Source: Eledone cirrhosa
Lineage: Eukaryota
Assembly (NCBI GenBank): GCA_964016885.1
Contig: OZ024751.1
Coordinates: 45,818,001 to 45,882,000 of the forward strand
Length of the DNA stretch: 64,000 nt
Direction of reading: 5' to 3'
A program made the translations under genes and the position numbers. Below, one piece after another: positions 52,353 to 64,000 of the stretch (position 1 is its first letter; the number at the start of each line of letters is the position of its first letter). Under the pieces are notes generated by a model that saw only the letters and a list, made by a program, of their open reading frames with translations, was not told the origin of the DNA and made no database searches.

Positions 52353-55300
52353 ATGGCTGTCTTAAGAGTAGGTTGTCTAAATGCGCGTGGCCTGGGCTCA
52401 CCTTGGAAGCAAGCTAAACTTCTAAGTGACCTCAGGTCACAATGTGTAAATGTGATGGTTATTTGCGAGGCCTGGATCAGCAGCATGCGACAGCTAACCC
52501 CCACCTTTGATGACTTTGAGATGCACGCATCTCTCTGTCAGCCTGGAGGTGGGGGTGGGGTTGTCGTTCTGCTGCAAAAACATCTGGGTCTCGCTACACA
52601 GACGGTACACTTGGACCCGGAGGGTCGACTCGTGGTTCTGGACCTTGGCAATGGTGAAGGCGAAGCTTTTAGGCTTGTCGCCGTATACGCCCCTTTTGGG
52701 GCAATGCGGTCGGACTTCTTCCATCGTCTGGAGACTTTTCTAGGGACGTCCCGCTCCTTGCTTTTAGTGGGGGACTGGAATGGTATCCTAGATGCACGTT
52801 GGGACTATGTAGGGGCATGTCCCGATAGAGGGGGGTGTAACAGCCTTAAGGGGTTAATCGGCCGATTCGACCTGGCCGATAGATACCGACTAGATTTTCC
52901 GACTGTACCAACCTGGACCTGGTCAAATAACAGTGGTCAATCTAGATCGTACCTAGATAGGTTCTTAGTTAGAATTAAGGATAGGGACTTTTTAAGTTGT
53001 CCAGAAATGCTCATGGTGGGCTATTCAGACCACAAGTTAGTGACCTGCGTAGTCCACCTTGATAGAACGCATAGGCAGGGGCCCGGTTACTGGAAGCTCA
53101 ACTTGTCCTTACCGGCAAGTAGAGCTTACAGGGACCGGATTAGAACCTTAGTTAAGGAGCAGTTGACGGGCGCCATCGTCAACAACAGGTGGTGGGGCTC
53201 TCTAAAAAGAGAGATTAGAGTAGTTTCAATAGGAGTTAGTAAGGAGTTAGCCTCAGATAGAAATAGGAAGGAAAGGGAGTTGGTAGTTAATGTTGAAGAG
53301 GCAATGAGAAGCGGCAACGTGGCCAGAGTGCAAGCGTCGAGAACGGTCTTGAACCAGTTCTTCGACGCGAAACACGAAGGCTGCGTTGTCCGAAGCAAAA
53401 TACGTGCTCTGGGAAACGAGGGGACCAAAGCTGTTAGCTGGGCCCGCGTGACAGAAGCGAAAAGTGGGATTAAATCCACTATCCGGTCTTTGCGAGACCA
53501 GGATGGACGGGTGATCCTTGAACCTAAGCAAATGTGCGAGGCCTTTCAAAGGCACTTTGCCCAATTGTTCGGGAGGGGCGGGGAGCCGGTTGGAGATGTA
53601 GATTTCGGTCCATACCTCGACGGCCTGCCGCGTCTTTCGGACAGGGAGGCGAGGTCCTGCGACGGGCCGATCTCAGCTGCTGAAATAGGGGACGTGCTGA
53701 GCCTATGCGGCAAACGCAAATCTCCAGGACTCGATGGTCTGCCCTACGAACTATATATTAATATGCCGGACTTGTTCCCCGATCTCCTCGAGGCAGTCTA
53801 CTGCAACTGGCAACAGAACGGGAGAATTCCCTGTTCTGTGACCAAGGGCGTAGTCTCGCTAGTGAAGAAGGACGAGAACAAGGGGGATGACATTAGTAAT
53901 TTTAGGCCCATAACTCTGCTAAATGCAGAGTTAAAGATTTTGGCGAAGGTGTTAGCGAAGAGGTTGGCGCTTGTCGTGGGGGTCCTGGTGGGAGATGCGC
54001 AGACATGCGCTATCCCGTCCAGGTCCATCCACGACAACCTCCACCTCATGCGATACATCATAGAGAGGGTTGGGAACGAACCCGGCTTTGGTGGGGCCCT
54101 GATAAATTTAGATCAGTCTAAAGCGTTCGATAGGGTGGACCATGGTTACCTGGATGCGGTGCTAGCGGCGGCTGGGTTCGGACCCGTTTTCAGGGGCTGG
54201 ATCACTGCCATGCACAGCAGCCGCATCTGCTCTAGAGTCAAGGTGAACGGCTACCTTTCGGAGCCGTTCGAAATCACCCGCTCCATCCGACAGGGGTGCC
54301 CTCTCTCCTCCCTTCTGTATGTATTGACTCTCGAGCCACTACTGCGGAAGCTGGCGTTGTTGCTTTGGAACCCGGATTGCGCAAAGCGGTGTCGACCTAC
54401 GCCGATGACGTAACAGTAATGGTGTCGACCGCCTCGGAAATCGAGGCAATCGGCACCTTACTGGAGGAATACGAAAGGTTGACAGGGGCTAAGCTGAACC
54501 GGGACAAGTCAGTCGCTTTGCAACTCGGCGAGTGGAGAGGCAAAGCGATGTCGTGCGACGGCATCGTCGGACGGTGGACGGAGGGCCCGGTGAAGTTGCT
54601 TGGGGTCTGGTTCGGACCGGACCTCCAGGTGGAGAAAAACTGGGGTGAGGTGACGAATAGGGTGTTTGCACTGACCCAGAAGTGGGCCGAGTGCAAACTA
54701 TCCCTGAAAGGTCGGGCGGAGGTGGCGAACGCTTACATAGCGTCCGTCATCTATTACCGCTTGACTGTCGTGCCTTGCCCGGGTGAGATCCTCGCCAAAA
54801 TGGAGCGCGCCCTCTTTTATTTCCTTTGGAAGAAGAGGTCTCCTCTGGTGAGGAGATCCATCTGCTGTCAACACCCTTTGAAAGGAGGGCTGGGGATGCC
54901 GTGGCCAAAAATGCGTAAACACGCATTGAGGCTAAGGCACCTCCACGTATTCCTCACCGGTCAACCGGTGTGGGCCCCGTTTGTGAGGAGAGCCTTCCCG
55001 AGGCTCGTCTCGCTCACCGAGCTGCAGTCCTGGGTGAAGCAAAGACCGAGAAAACTGGGCGACTGGCACACCGAGTGTGCCCAGGCGCTCACGGCTCTCT
55101 GGCAGGCGGACCCGGCTATCGACGGAGACTCCACCTCGTCATTCTATAGAGGGCTGGTGGTTAGCGGGTGCGACGACGCCCTCGGAGAAGCCCTAGGCAT
55201 GGAGGAGGACGAACTGGCCAGTCTATTCGGTAGGACTTTCGGCCCGGGACCTATGGACAACTTCCAGAAGTCCCTGGCCTGGCAATGCTACAGAAGGGCT

Positions 55301-55780
55301 CTGCCCGTTCGGGATAAGCTCTACAGACACGGGCGCCCGGGTAGGGACCCCTCGAAAAAGATCTGTCCCAGATGCGTGCGCGACGAGGAAACCGTCGCGC
55401 ACGCATTGGTGCACTGCCCGGGCGTTGCCGATCTGTGGGGCTATGTCGAACGACTGCTGTCACGGGTGGGACCAATTAGGTTGACCACCGAGTCCATTGT
55501 AACGATCAAGCCGCCTCCCCCCTTCAAAAATGAAGGAGAGGCGGTCTTCCTCTGTGTAATAGCCATGGTAAAAGAGGCTATATGGTGGACGCGTCTGAAA
55601 GGGCTGAGGTCGGACACCTTTCTCTCCGGCCAACAACTGGTCCTTTTCTTCCGATACCATTTCGGAAGAAGGATCAGGATGGAGAGAGAGGTGCTCCACT
55701 CCAGCCAGTTTTATGAAAGGTGGGTGAACGTTGCGAGAATGGCCCGTGTGAAAGGGCCTTCTCTCTACCTCAGCCTGTAG
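52353..55780 (+). CDS. LINE ORF2: APE endonuclease + reverse transcriptase + C-terminal CCHC, with one frameshift near 54350-54370
   Basis: LNARGL, VYAP, GDWN, SYLDRFL, SDHK (APE); SPGLDG, FRPITLLN, LDQSKAFDRV, IRQGCPLS, then YADD in the next frame; CPRC...HALVHC. Confidence 0.9.
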
Positions 55781-56123
55781 GTGGAACAGAAAGAAGGGAG
55801 CACCCGTGAAGGGTCGCACACTTTTTTTCGGGGGTGTGTGTGACCCCAAAACGATCCCTCCCTATTGAGGACCTTCTTGTTATTATTTTGCTTGTTATAT
55901 TTTTCTTACTCGATTTTTATGTAAACTCCCCCCACCCATGTACATGTCCCTTTCTTTTGTGCCCTAGTGGCAAATAAACAGAAATTTGTCTGTCTGTCTG
56001 TGTGTCTGTCTATCTGTCTGTCTGCCTGTCTGTCTGTCTCTATGTATGTCTGTCTGTCTGTCTGTCTGTCTGTATGTATGTATGTATGTATGTATGTATG
56101 TATGTATGTCTATCTGTCTGTCT

Positions 56124-56363
56124 TAAGAATCAGGGTGGAGAGAGAGGTGTTGTACCCCAGCAAATTTTATAAAAGGTGGGTAAATGTGGCAAAGATGGCC
56201 CGAGTGGTTGGGCCTTCTCTCTATATAAGCCTGTAGGTTGAGGAAAAAGAGGAAGGGAGTACTCACTCTTGGTGCTCCTGGAGATGAGGGTTGTACATTT
56301 TTTCGGGGTGTGTACAACCCTGTGTAACGCCTCCCCCCTTATTGGGGATTTACCCCTATTGGG
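56124..56363 (+). mobile_element. Short Tx1-like fragment (copy E), cut off by a (GGT)n tract
   Basis: RIRVEREVLYPSKFYKRWVNVAKMARVVGPSLYISL*; begins after TCTATCTGTCTGTCT. Confidence 0.8.
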
Positions 56364-56780
56364 GTAGTGGTGGTAGTGGCGGTGGTGGTGGTGGTGGTGG
56401 TAGTGATGGTAGTGGTGGTGGTGGTGGTAGTGATGGTAGTGGGGGTGGTGGTGGTGGTGGTGGTGGTAGTGGTGGTGGTAGTGGTGGTGGTGGTGGTGGT
56501 GGTGGTAGTGGTGGTGGTAGTGGTGGTGGTGGTGATGGTGGTGGTGGTGGTGGTAGTGGTGGTGGTAGTGGTGGTGGTGGTAGTGATGGTAGTGGTGGTG
56601 GTGGTGGTGGTGGTGGTAGTAGTAGTAGTGATGGTAGTGGTGGTGGTGGTGGGAGAAGTAGTGGTGGTAGTGGTGGTGGTGGTGGAAGTAGTAGGGGTGG
56701 TAGTGGTGGTGGTGGTCATCGTCATAGTGGTGGTAGTGGTAGTAATAGTGGAAGTGGTGGTGGTGGTCGTAGTGGTGGTA
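56364..56780. repeat. (GGT/AGT)n trinucleotide tract
   Basis: Read directly. Confidence 0.9.
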
Positions 56781-57454
56781 GGTTGTGGTCTTAAGGATGG
56801 GTAGTTGTGATGGTAATGGTGGGTAGTTGTTGTGGTAATGGTGATAGTAGTGGTGGTAGTTTTGAAGATGGTATTAACATGTGCACTTTGCCACACGCAT
56901 ACATGCAAGCATATATACACACATACAGAACGTGTGTGTGTGTGTGTAAGTGTGTGCGTGTGTGCGTGTGTATGTGTGTGATTAATAACTAGCGTGAATA
57001 ACTGCCCGTTCTGTTTAATTAAGCAGAATAATTATGAAGTGACTTGTGGCAATCATCCCCTCCTCCTCTCCCATCCCGTTCCGACCCCTTCTCCTCTCCT
57101 CGACTATCACCATTATCACCACCACCACCGCCACCACTACTACCACCACCACCACCATCACCACACTACCACCACCACCAGTACCACAACCGCCGCCGCC
57201 ACCACGACCACCACCACCATCACCACCACCACCACCACCACCTCCACCACCATCACCACACTACCACCACCACCACCACAACCGCCGCCGCCACCACGAC
57301 CACCACCACCATCACCACCACCACCACCACCACCTCCACCACCATCACTACCACCACCACCACTACTACCACCACCACCGCAACTACCACCACCACGACT
57401 GCAGCCTACTTACCACACTACTATAGCAATATGTCATTATATAACAGTGGTTGT

Positions 57455-57487
<33 letters not shown>

Positions 57488-57889
57488 ACCAACAATAACA
57501 ACAATAAGAACGATTGTGAAAACCTATAATTATAAAATCGATAGTTACAGCAAGGAGAAAACACCACCGTAGAGCCTCTATGTAATCGATTGACTTGTTA
57601 GATATAGCAGCTAAATCCCCCTCCTCCGCCCTCCCGTCTCCGAACACCTCCAGACATAAACTATTGTCTCTAACACAAGGAGACATTGAATTATAGAGTC
57701 TAGAGAAGCAAAACCAAACAGAATAACGGAATGAGGGAATGACAGGAATGGTTATGAACTGGAAAATGTTTGATCCTACGTCTGCACGATCAGGGTCGAC
57801 CTAGGGCCAAACAACCGAAATAATAATAATATTAGTATGGTATGTGTTCTCTTTCTCTCTCTCTCTCTCTCTCCCCTCTCTCTTTCGCC

Positions 57890-57969
<80 letters not shown>

Positions 57970-57981
57970 AGAGAGGATATA

Positions 57982-58023
<42 letters not shown>

Positions 58024-58085
58024 TGGTAATTCCGAAGGAAAAGCAAAGGAGAAAAGAGTGCTCTATGTATAGAACAGAGCTATTT

Positions 58086-58234
58086 AATTAGAAAGTGAAC
58101 AACACAAAATATAGCTACTCCATTGCCAAAGGTTTCTGGATCCTAGACAATAATAATATACGTCTGGATCGGTCGTCAGACAGATATCTGACGACCAATC
58201 CAGACGTATGTTACATTTTGTGTTGTTCACTTTC

Positions 58235-58240
<6 letters not shown>
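58086..58240. repeat. Nested inverted repeat containing a degenerate hammerhead (minus strand, ~58109-58188)
   Basis: Outer arms TAATTAGAAAGTGAACAACACAAAAT; inner arms ATACGTCTGGAT(C/T)GGTCGTCAGA; minus strand CTGACGA..GATCC-AGAC/GTCT-A-GGATC..GAAAC...GTA; abuts (TA)n. Confidence 0.6.
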
Positions 58241-58289
<49 letters not shown>

Positions 58290-58744
58290 TACAATAACAG
58301 AGATAGTTTAAAGCTAAACTCTGACTGGTAACCATCTCACTCAACAAACATTAGGTTATATTAAAATATAAACCCAATTTAAGTGTTTGGGGTGCTAACA
58401 ATATGTATAATGTGGAAAAACCAGTTGTATTATTTTATGAGATATAATTAAAGTTAAAGTATATCTCTCTTTCCAAACAATTGTTTCATTATAAGTTTTC
58501 TACAAGTTAGGGAGAATGTTTCCAGTTTATGTAGAAGCCTAATATATATTCATGTAAGAATATATTTAGGCGGGCACTTATAAATCATCAGTGGAAGCCC
58601 GTTAATATATATATATATATAAATCCATCCATATGTAGTAGACGGACGATATGTATATGTTAAGTTTGATACGACGAAGTTGCATCTTAAAATGCTTTTA
58701 TTGATTATCGATCATCACAGATGACTGGCTCGAGAGGTTATTAA

Positions 58745-59232
58745 CCTGACTTCAGCATTGATCTGCTCGTCAGGCGTGTGGACTCAATCAAAACATGACC
58801 AATTCTCCACCCAGGGGGTGTTGACAGCAAATGGGCCGCCTGTCCATTGGAATACATCCCTTTCAAAGAATAAAAAAAAAAAAAGAAGAAAGAAACAGTC
58901 ACTCCAGCGCCGCCAGACATTGACCAAGGAAGGGCTGAACTATGGCAGCTGTACGTGACGGAGGCCATAATACGCATTCACCACCACCGCCTGACCTTCC
59001 AGGGATAGTTTTATCTCGGCCTTTCTTTTTTTTGTCCCAGTTTTTCTCCATCTGGAGATCCGGACCGAACCAGACTTAACCAAACAATTTAACCGACCGG
59101 TCGAACGGCAGGGACATGCCTTATGCTCCCGTCATCACCTTTTACTCCCTTAGAGTGGTGTTGATCACCTTAATATGTTTGGTGCTTGACACCACTACAG
59201 TCACGTCATCGGAATAAGCTGACACGGATCTT
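58745..59232 (-). pseudogene. Old, frameshifted internal Tx1-like RT fragment
   Basis: Minus strand gives SVSAYSDDVTVVVS, VWFGPDLQMEKNW and LSLEGQAVVVNAY, colinear with ORF2 at 54390-54750. Confidence 0.75.
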
Positions 59233-59437
59233 ACGTGAGGCGGAAGTTTTAAGTTAACCACTCAGAAAATAAGAGTACAGTAAATTATTGACAATTATTG
59301 AGCAAACTTTCAACAGTGCAGGTATTATCAACATAATATACGAGAGTAAACTGAAAGGTTCATTGGCTTACTATGAAGGAGTGATGCTAGAGCTGTGAAA
59401 TCTTGCACACATTAATTTCAACTATTTATTTTTATAA

Positions 59438-59580
59438 TGGTTTCTGATTTAGGTACAAAACCAACAATTTGGGGGAAAGGGAAAGTCGATTAGATCGACC
59501 CCAGTGCGTTACTGGTACTTTATTTTAGCGAACCCCCGTAAAGATGAAAGGCAAAGCTAAGCTGGGCGGGATTTGATCTC
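59438..59580 (-). mobile_element. SINE fragment (5605 family)
   Basis: GTCGATTAGATCGACCCCAGTGCGTTACTGGTACTTTATTTT...GATGAAAGGCAAAG. Confidence 0.7.
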
Positions 59581-59602
59581 ATCTATTTAATAATAATAAT
59601 GT

Positions 59603-59641
<39 letters not shown>

Positions 59642-59858
59642 CATCAACAGAAACAACAACAATATCTAAACGAAAACTCCCCCCCATCCCACAAGAAAAA
59701 ACAAAACAAAGCCAACGAGACTTTAGAATGCAGTGACAAAGTAAAAAGATCTCCAGCTTTTAATAGAGTCTCTAAAAGTCTTAGAGAATAATATTGAAAA
59801 CTGAGACTACAGTGTTTGATGGCATGTAAAGAGACGTAGATAGATAGATATACTGGCT

Positions 59859-59936
<78 letters not shown>

Positions 59937-60412
59937 GATAGTTAGATACATATGTATATACAGTGATAGATTTGTAGGTAGCTAGATAGATAGATATAAT
60001 GGTTTATAGATAGGTAGGTAGATAGATAGATAGCTAGATAGATAGAGAGATAGGTACATATATAGGTACATAGATAGATAGGTAGGTAGGAGAAATAGGT
60101 CGATAGATAAAGAGATAGAAAGATAGAGAGGGAGGGGGTAGGAAAGTGGTTGGCCTGTGTGTGAGTGAAAGATCAGGTGGTGTTAACGAGAGAAAAGTGA
60201 AGAGAGTCTGTGTGCTAATATATCACATTGGTATCCTACCTTAGACAAATCGGATGTCTGTAAAAGTTATCGAAAAATGTCAAGATAGAGCTTAGTTGTT
60301 GTAATGTCACAAAGACTTTAGAACAATTGCGCTGCCAGCCGATGGTGTAATATATTGTGTGTGTGGTGTAGGTGTGAGTGTGCGTGGCTCTTTCTCTCTC
60401 TCTCTCCCTGTA

Positions 60413-60496
<84 letters not shown>

Positions 60497-60567
60497 CTGT
60501 GTGTGCCTGTGTTGCTGGATATATAGGCGCCACTAAGCATATTAAACACATACACACACGCATCGAA

Positions 60568-60654
<87 letters not shown>

Positions 60655-61465
60655 GAACAGACTTTCTTTTCAACATATGATTTTAAAGATACGACAATGT
60701 TCAAGATTTCCTTTTTTTTATCAGTCCAAATCAAGCTGCTTATATAAAAAAAAAGAAAAATCTAATTAAAAAAAGTTACATACATACACACATCTATGTA
60801 TGCACACACACACACCAGCATATTTGCAATCACACACTCGCGTGCATAAATACGTACTTAGACACACATGCACACACTATATCAGAGCACCAACAAGGTA
60901 CACACTAGCATATGTTGTACCTTATACAGCGGTCTTTGATGTTATTCAACAATCTGTCCAAAACGAGACCAAAGTAGAAAAGAAAAAAAAAACACGAAAA
61001 AAACCCCGCAAAAAACAAAAGAAACAAGACGATACAATATGTCGCCTGCTGCGTCTCTGTTAGCAGACGATCGCTCATCAGGATCAAAGTGGTATTTAAC
61101 TGTTAGAAACCAACGGAGATATTCTAGCTAGTGGAAACTAGATAGCTTTTTCGAAAGAAACCCCCCACGTAGTAAACTATTCCTTCAGTTTAATTTTCTA
61201 GAAGAAGAGTTATTGATTGATTTTCTGAAGAAATAAAAGAAGGAAACACACACACACACACAACAACAACAACAGACAAACAAAAAATAAAACAAACAAA
61301 TACAAAGAACAATTGGGAAATACCGTGAGGCAAACATTGCGTCGACGAAATGACACTATAGAGCTTATATGAATTGTAATATGTATGTATGTACGTGTGT
61401 GTGTGTGTGTGGAGAGAGAGAGAGAATAACTGACAGATATCTATCTGTATATAGAGATTTGTATT

Positions 61466-61531
<66 letters not shown>

Positions 61532-61539
61532 ATTATTAT

Positions 61540-61732
61540 AGAGCGTCGGACAACATGCGTTGTGGCACTGAGTTACTGCCCTTTACGTTCTGAGTTAAAA
61601 TCCCGCCGAGGTTAGCTTTGGCTTTCATCCTTACAGGTTTGATAAAATAAAGCACCAGTAATGTACTGGGGTCGATTTTATCGAATTTCCCCTCCTGCTA
61701 AAATCCTGGCCTTGTGCTTACATCAGAAACCA
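61540..61732 (+). mobile_element. SINE copy (5605 family)
   Basis: TTCTGAGTTAAAATCCCGCCGAGGTTAGCTTTGGCTTTCATCC... Confidence 0.75.
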
Positions 61733-62140
61733 TTATTATTTTTATATTCTACTTAATCAAGGTGAACTTATAACCCTATTAGAACTCGATATAGTATTGA
61801 CATGAATATAAACTATTTTAGTACTTAATAGTACTTTATTTATTGAAATTATTGAAAGGCAAACATTTTTTAACATCGGTGAGATTTGAAACCAGAGCAC
61901 AGAGATTCACAACGACAAACAAAGTTTTCTATTCGACTTTCTAATGACTCAGCCACCACATGACCGCCATTACCAACTCTCATATTATTAGTGGAGAACA
62001 TTTATTGACAGTCTCGTTGGTAATATTGTCATCTCATCTAATAATAGTGACGTGGCTCAACACTGAAAAATAACTTTACCTCTCTACCTTTCACCCTTTC
62101 TCATTAACTTTGTCTGGCCCTCTGTTTATCTATCTAAATG

Positions 62141-62189
<49 letters not shown>

Positions 62190-62306
62190 CTATACACATG
62201 TATATATATATATGTATATATAAATCTATGTGTATATATATGTATGTGTGTGTATATATATATATATATATGCATACATACCTTATATCTACTTTATATA
62301 TATATA

Positions 62307-62338
<32 letters not shown>

Positions 62339-63173
62339 CTATACACATGTGTATATATATATATGTATATATAAATCTATGTGTATATATATGTATGTGT
62401 GTGTATATATATATATATATATAATATATATATATATATAATATATATACATATATACATATATATATATATAGTTAAAAATATCTCTATACACACCTTG
62501 GAGCTCTTTCGGTATCATATTACTCAGAAGAGACATTTCTCGAACCAACCATACCCCATCCCACTTACCACTTCCCCACCCAAAAACCCACTTCCACCTC
62601 CACCCCACAGTAACCATTCTCACTTATCTCACACATAGCTAAACCTCTGCCCCCTCCCTCCTTACTACAATGCCACCACCTCCAGTCTAGGTTCATTGTC
62701 GATGTTGTTGTTGCTATTGTTGTTGTTGTTGTTGTTGTAACTGTTGTTTTTGTTGCTGTCGTTGTTGTTTGAAAAGTATTCATGCTCCTCGCCATAGCCA
62801 CGTGACCTGATCCAATATTTACCTGTCGCTATCATCTTTCCTATGGCATTCGCTAGTTTTGTTCAGATTGACAAGAAAGCGCCCAAACGACAACAGAAGG
62901 TAACGTTCATTTGATGAAACAGCATAAAAACCGATGGCTTTTCTTGCAAATGGACATCTACCCACCACCACCACCACCTTTCTTCTTCTTCTTCTTCTTC
63001 TTCTTCTTCTTCTTCTTCTTCTTCTTCTTCTTCTTCTTCTTCTTCTTCTTCTCCTTCTCCTTCTCCCCCTCCCCCTCCTCCTGAAAAACGAAACAAAAAG
63101 AAACAAAATGTATGTTAAATTATATCTGCACATGTGTAGGTTTGGTTTTACACACACACACACACACACACAT

Positions 63174-63205
<32 letters not shown>

Positions 63206-63336
63206 ACGCACACGCACACGCACACACACATATACATGTATATATATACTTGTATATATATATATATGTATACATACATACATACATATATATATACATA
63301 CATTCACATACTCATATATATATATATAATGTATAC

Positions 63337-63392
<56 letters not shown>

Positions 63393-63425
63393 ACATGTAT
63401 ATATATATATATGAGTGTGTATGTG

Positions 63426-63505
<80 letters not shown>

Positions 63506-63544
63506 CACATACACACTCATATTTATATATATATATAATATCAG

Positions 63545-63910
63545 ATCAAAAGATGGTTGAAAGAGTTCCAAGTATTTTATTATGCGCATTTCAAAAACAA
63601 ATATCATCATGGGATGGTATCTGCGTTCTCATCAGATAAAATAGGGATACATGATATGAAGCTTAAAAAACATTTGTGAATAGTGAAGTTTTAAATCAAC
63701 ATATATATGTTGATTTAAAACTTCACTATAGTTTGCTTTGGTGGCCCTTGAAATATGTATAATGAAATAAATATGGTTTTATAAATATAGTTTTCATTTG
63801 TTAATATATTGTATATATTGTATATTTACTCCAATAATTTGTTGAGTGTTTTATATCAGTTATAAAAATATTTTGCTTGTTATATCCCAACAAATTAAAT
63901 ATAACTTCTA
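63545..63910. mobile_element. Penelope-like pseudo-LTR remnants: two families juxtaposed
   Basis: 63545-63710 homologous to 9735-9900; 63746-63910 homologous to 23745-23900; internal palindrome ATAGTGAAGTTTTAAATCAAC..GTTGATTTAAAACTTCACTAT. Confidence 0.6.
63573..63643 (-). ncRNA. Minimal type-I hammerhead ribozyme
   Basis: Minus strand: TATTTTAT-CTGATGA-[stem II with G-U pairs]-GAAA-T-GCGC-ATA-ATAAAATA; perfect 8-bp stem I. Confidence 0.7.
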
Positions 63911-64000
63911 CATATACATGTATATATGGTGGCTGCCAACTCGTTTTCGAGTACGGCCACTACTTTATATCCATATAGGAGAACCCCTACCGATGCGCCG

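Larger units (their letters stand above)
50421..55984 (+). mobile_element. Apparently full-length Tx1/L1-clade LINE (copy D)
   Basis: 5' UTR, ORF1, 23-bp spacer, ORF2, 3' UTR ending AATAAACAGAAA; flanked by (TCTA)(TCTG)n and (TGTC)n. Confidence 0.9.

Noticed and set aside
56291-56794. Gly/Ser-rich structural protein ORF
   Set aside because: (GGT/AGT)n tract following a LINE fragment; no splice or start support
62823-62957. Exon candidate on the minus strand with CAG|GTAAAT donor
   Set aside because: No polypyrimidine acceptor and no recognisable peptide

Overview
Eukaryotic, AT-rich and saturated with microsatellites. The (TA)n/(CA)n/(GA)n/(GATA)n density and the tRNA-headed SINE families point to a cephalopod (Octopus-like) genome; this is an inference. 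Nearly all long ORFs in the track are translations of simple or tandem repeats. The real coding content is retrotransposon-derived: one apparently full-length Tx1/L1-clade LINE (50421-55984; ORF1 with a CCHC knuckle, ORF2 with APE-RT-CCHC and one frameshift) in a head-to-tail stack of five related copies, each joined through (TCTA)n/(TCTG)n. Other Tx1-like fragments lie elsewhere: one with a 21-bp target-site duplication at a (GATA)n edge, one in (TTA)n and one decayed. There is also a CRE-like restriction-like-endonuclease fragment and older LINE remnants. Several minimal type-I hammerhead ribozyme motifs sit in inverted repeats next to (TA)n, like Penelope-like pseudo-LTRs, with fold-back palindromes built from hammerhead halves. 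Two adjacent ~4.5-kb satellites (25-bp and 28-bp units), several minisatellites, about ten SINE copies, a small mariner-type MITE, a cluster of AGCAGACGACAT motifs and one plausible host exon (13904-14024, minus) complete the window.
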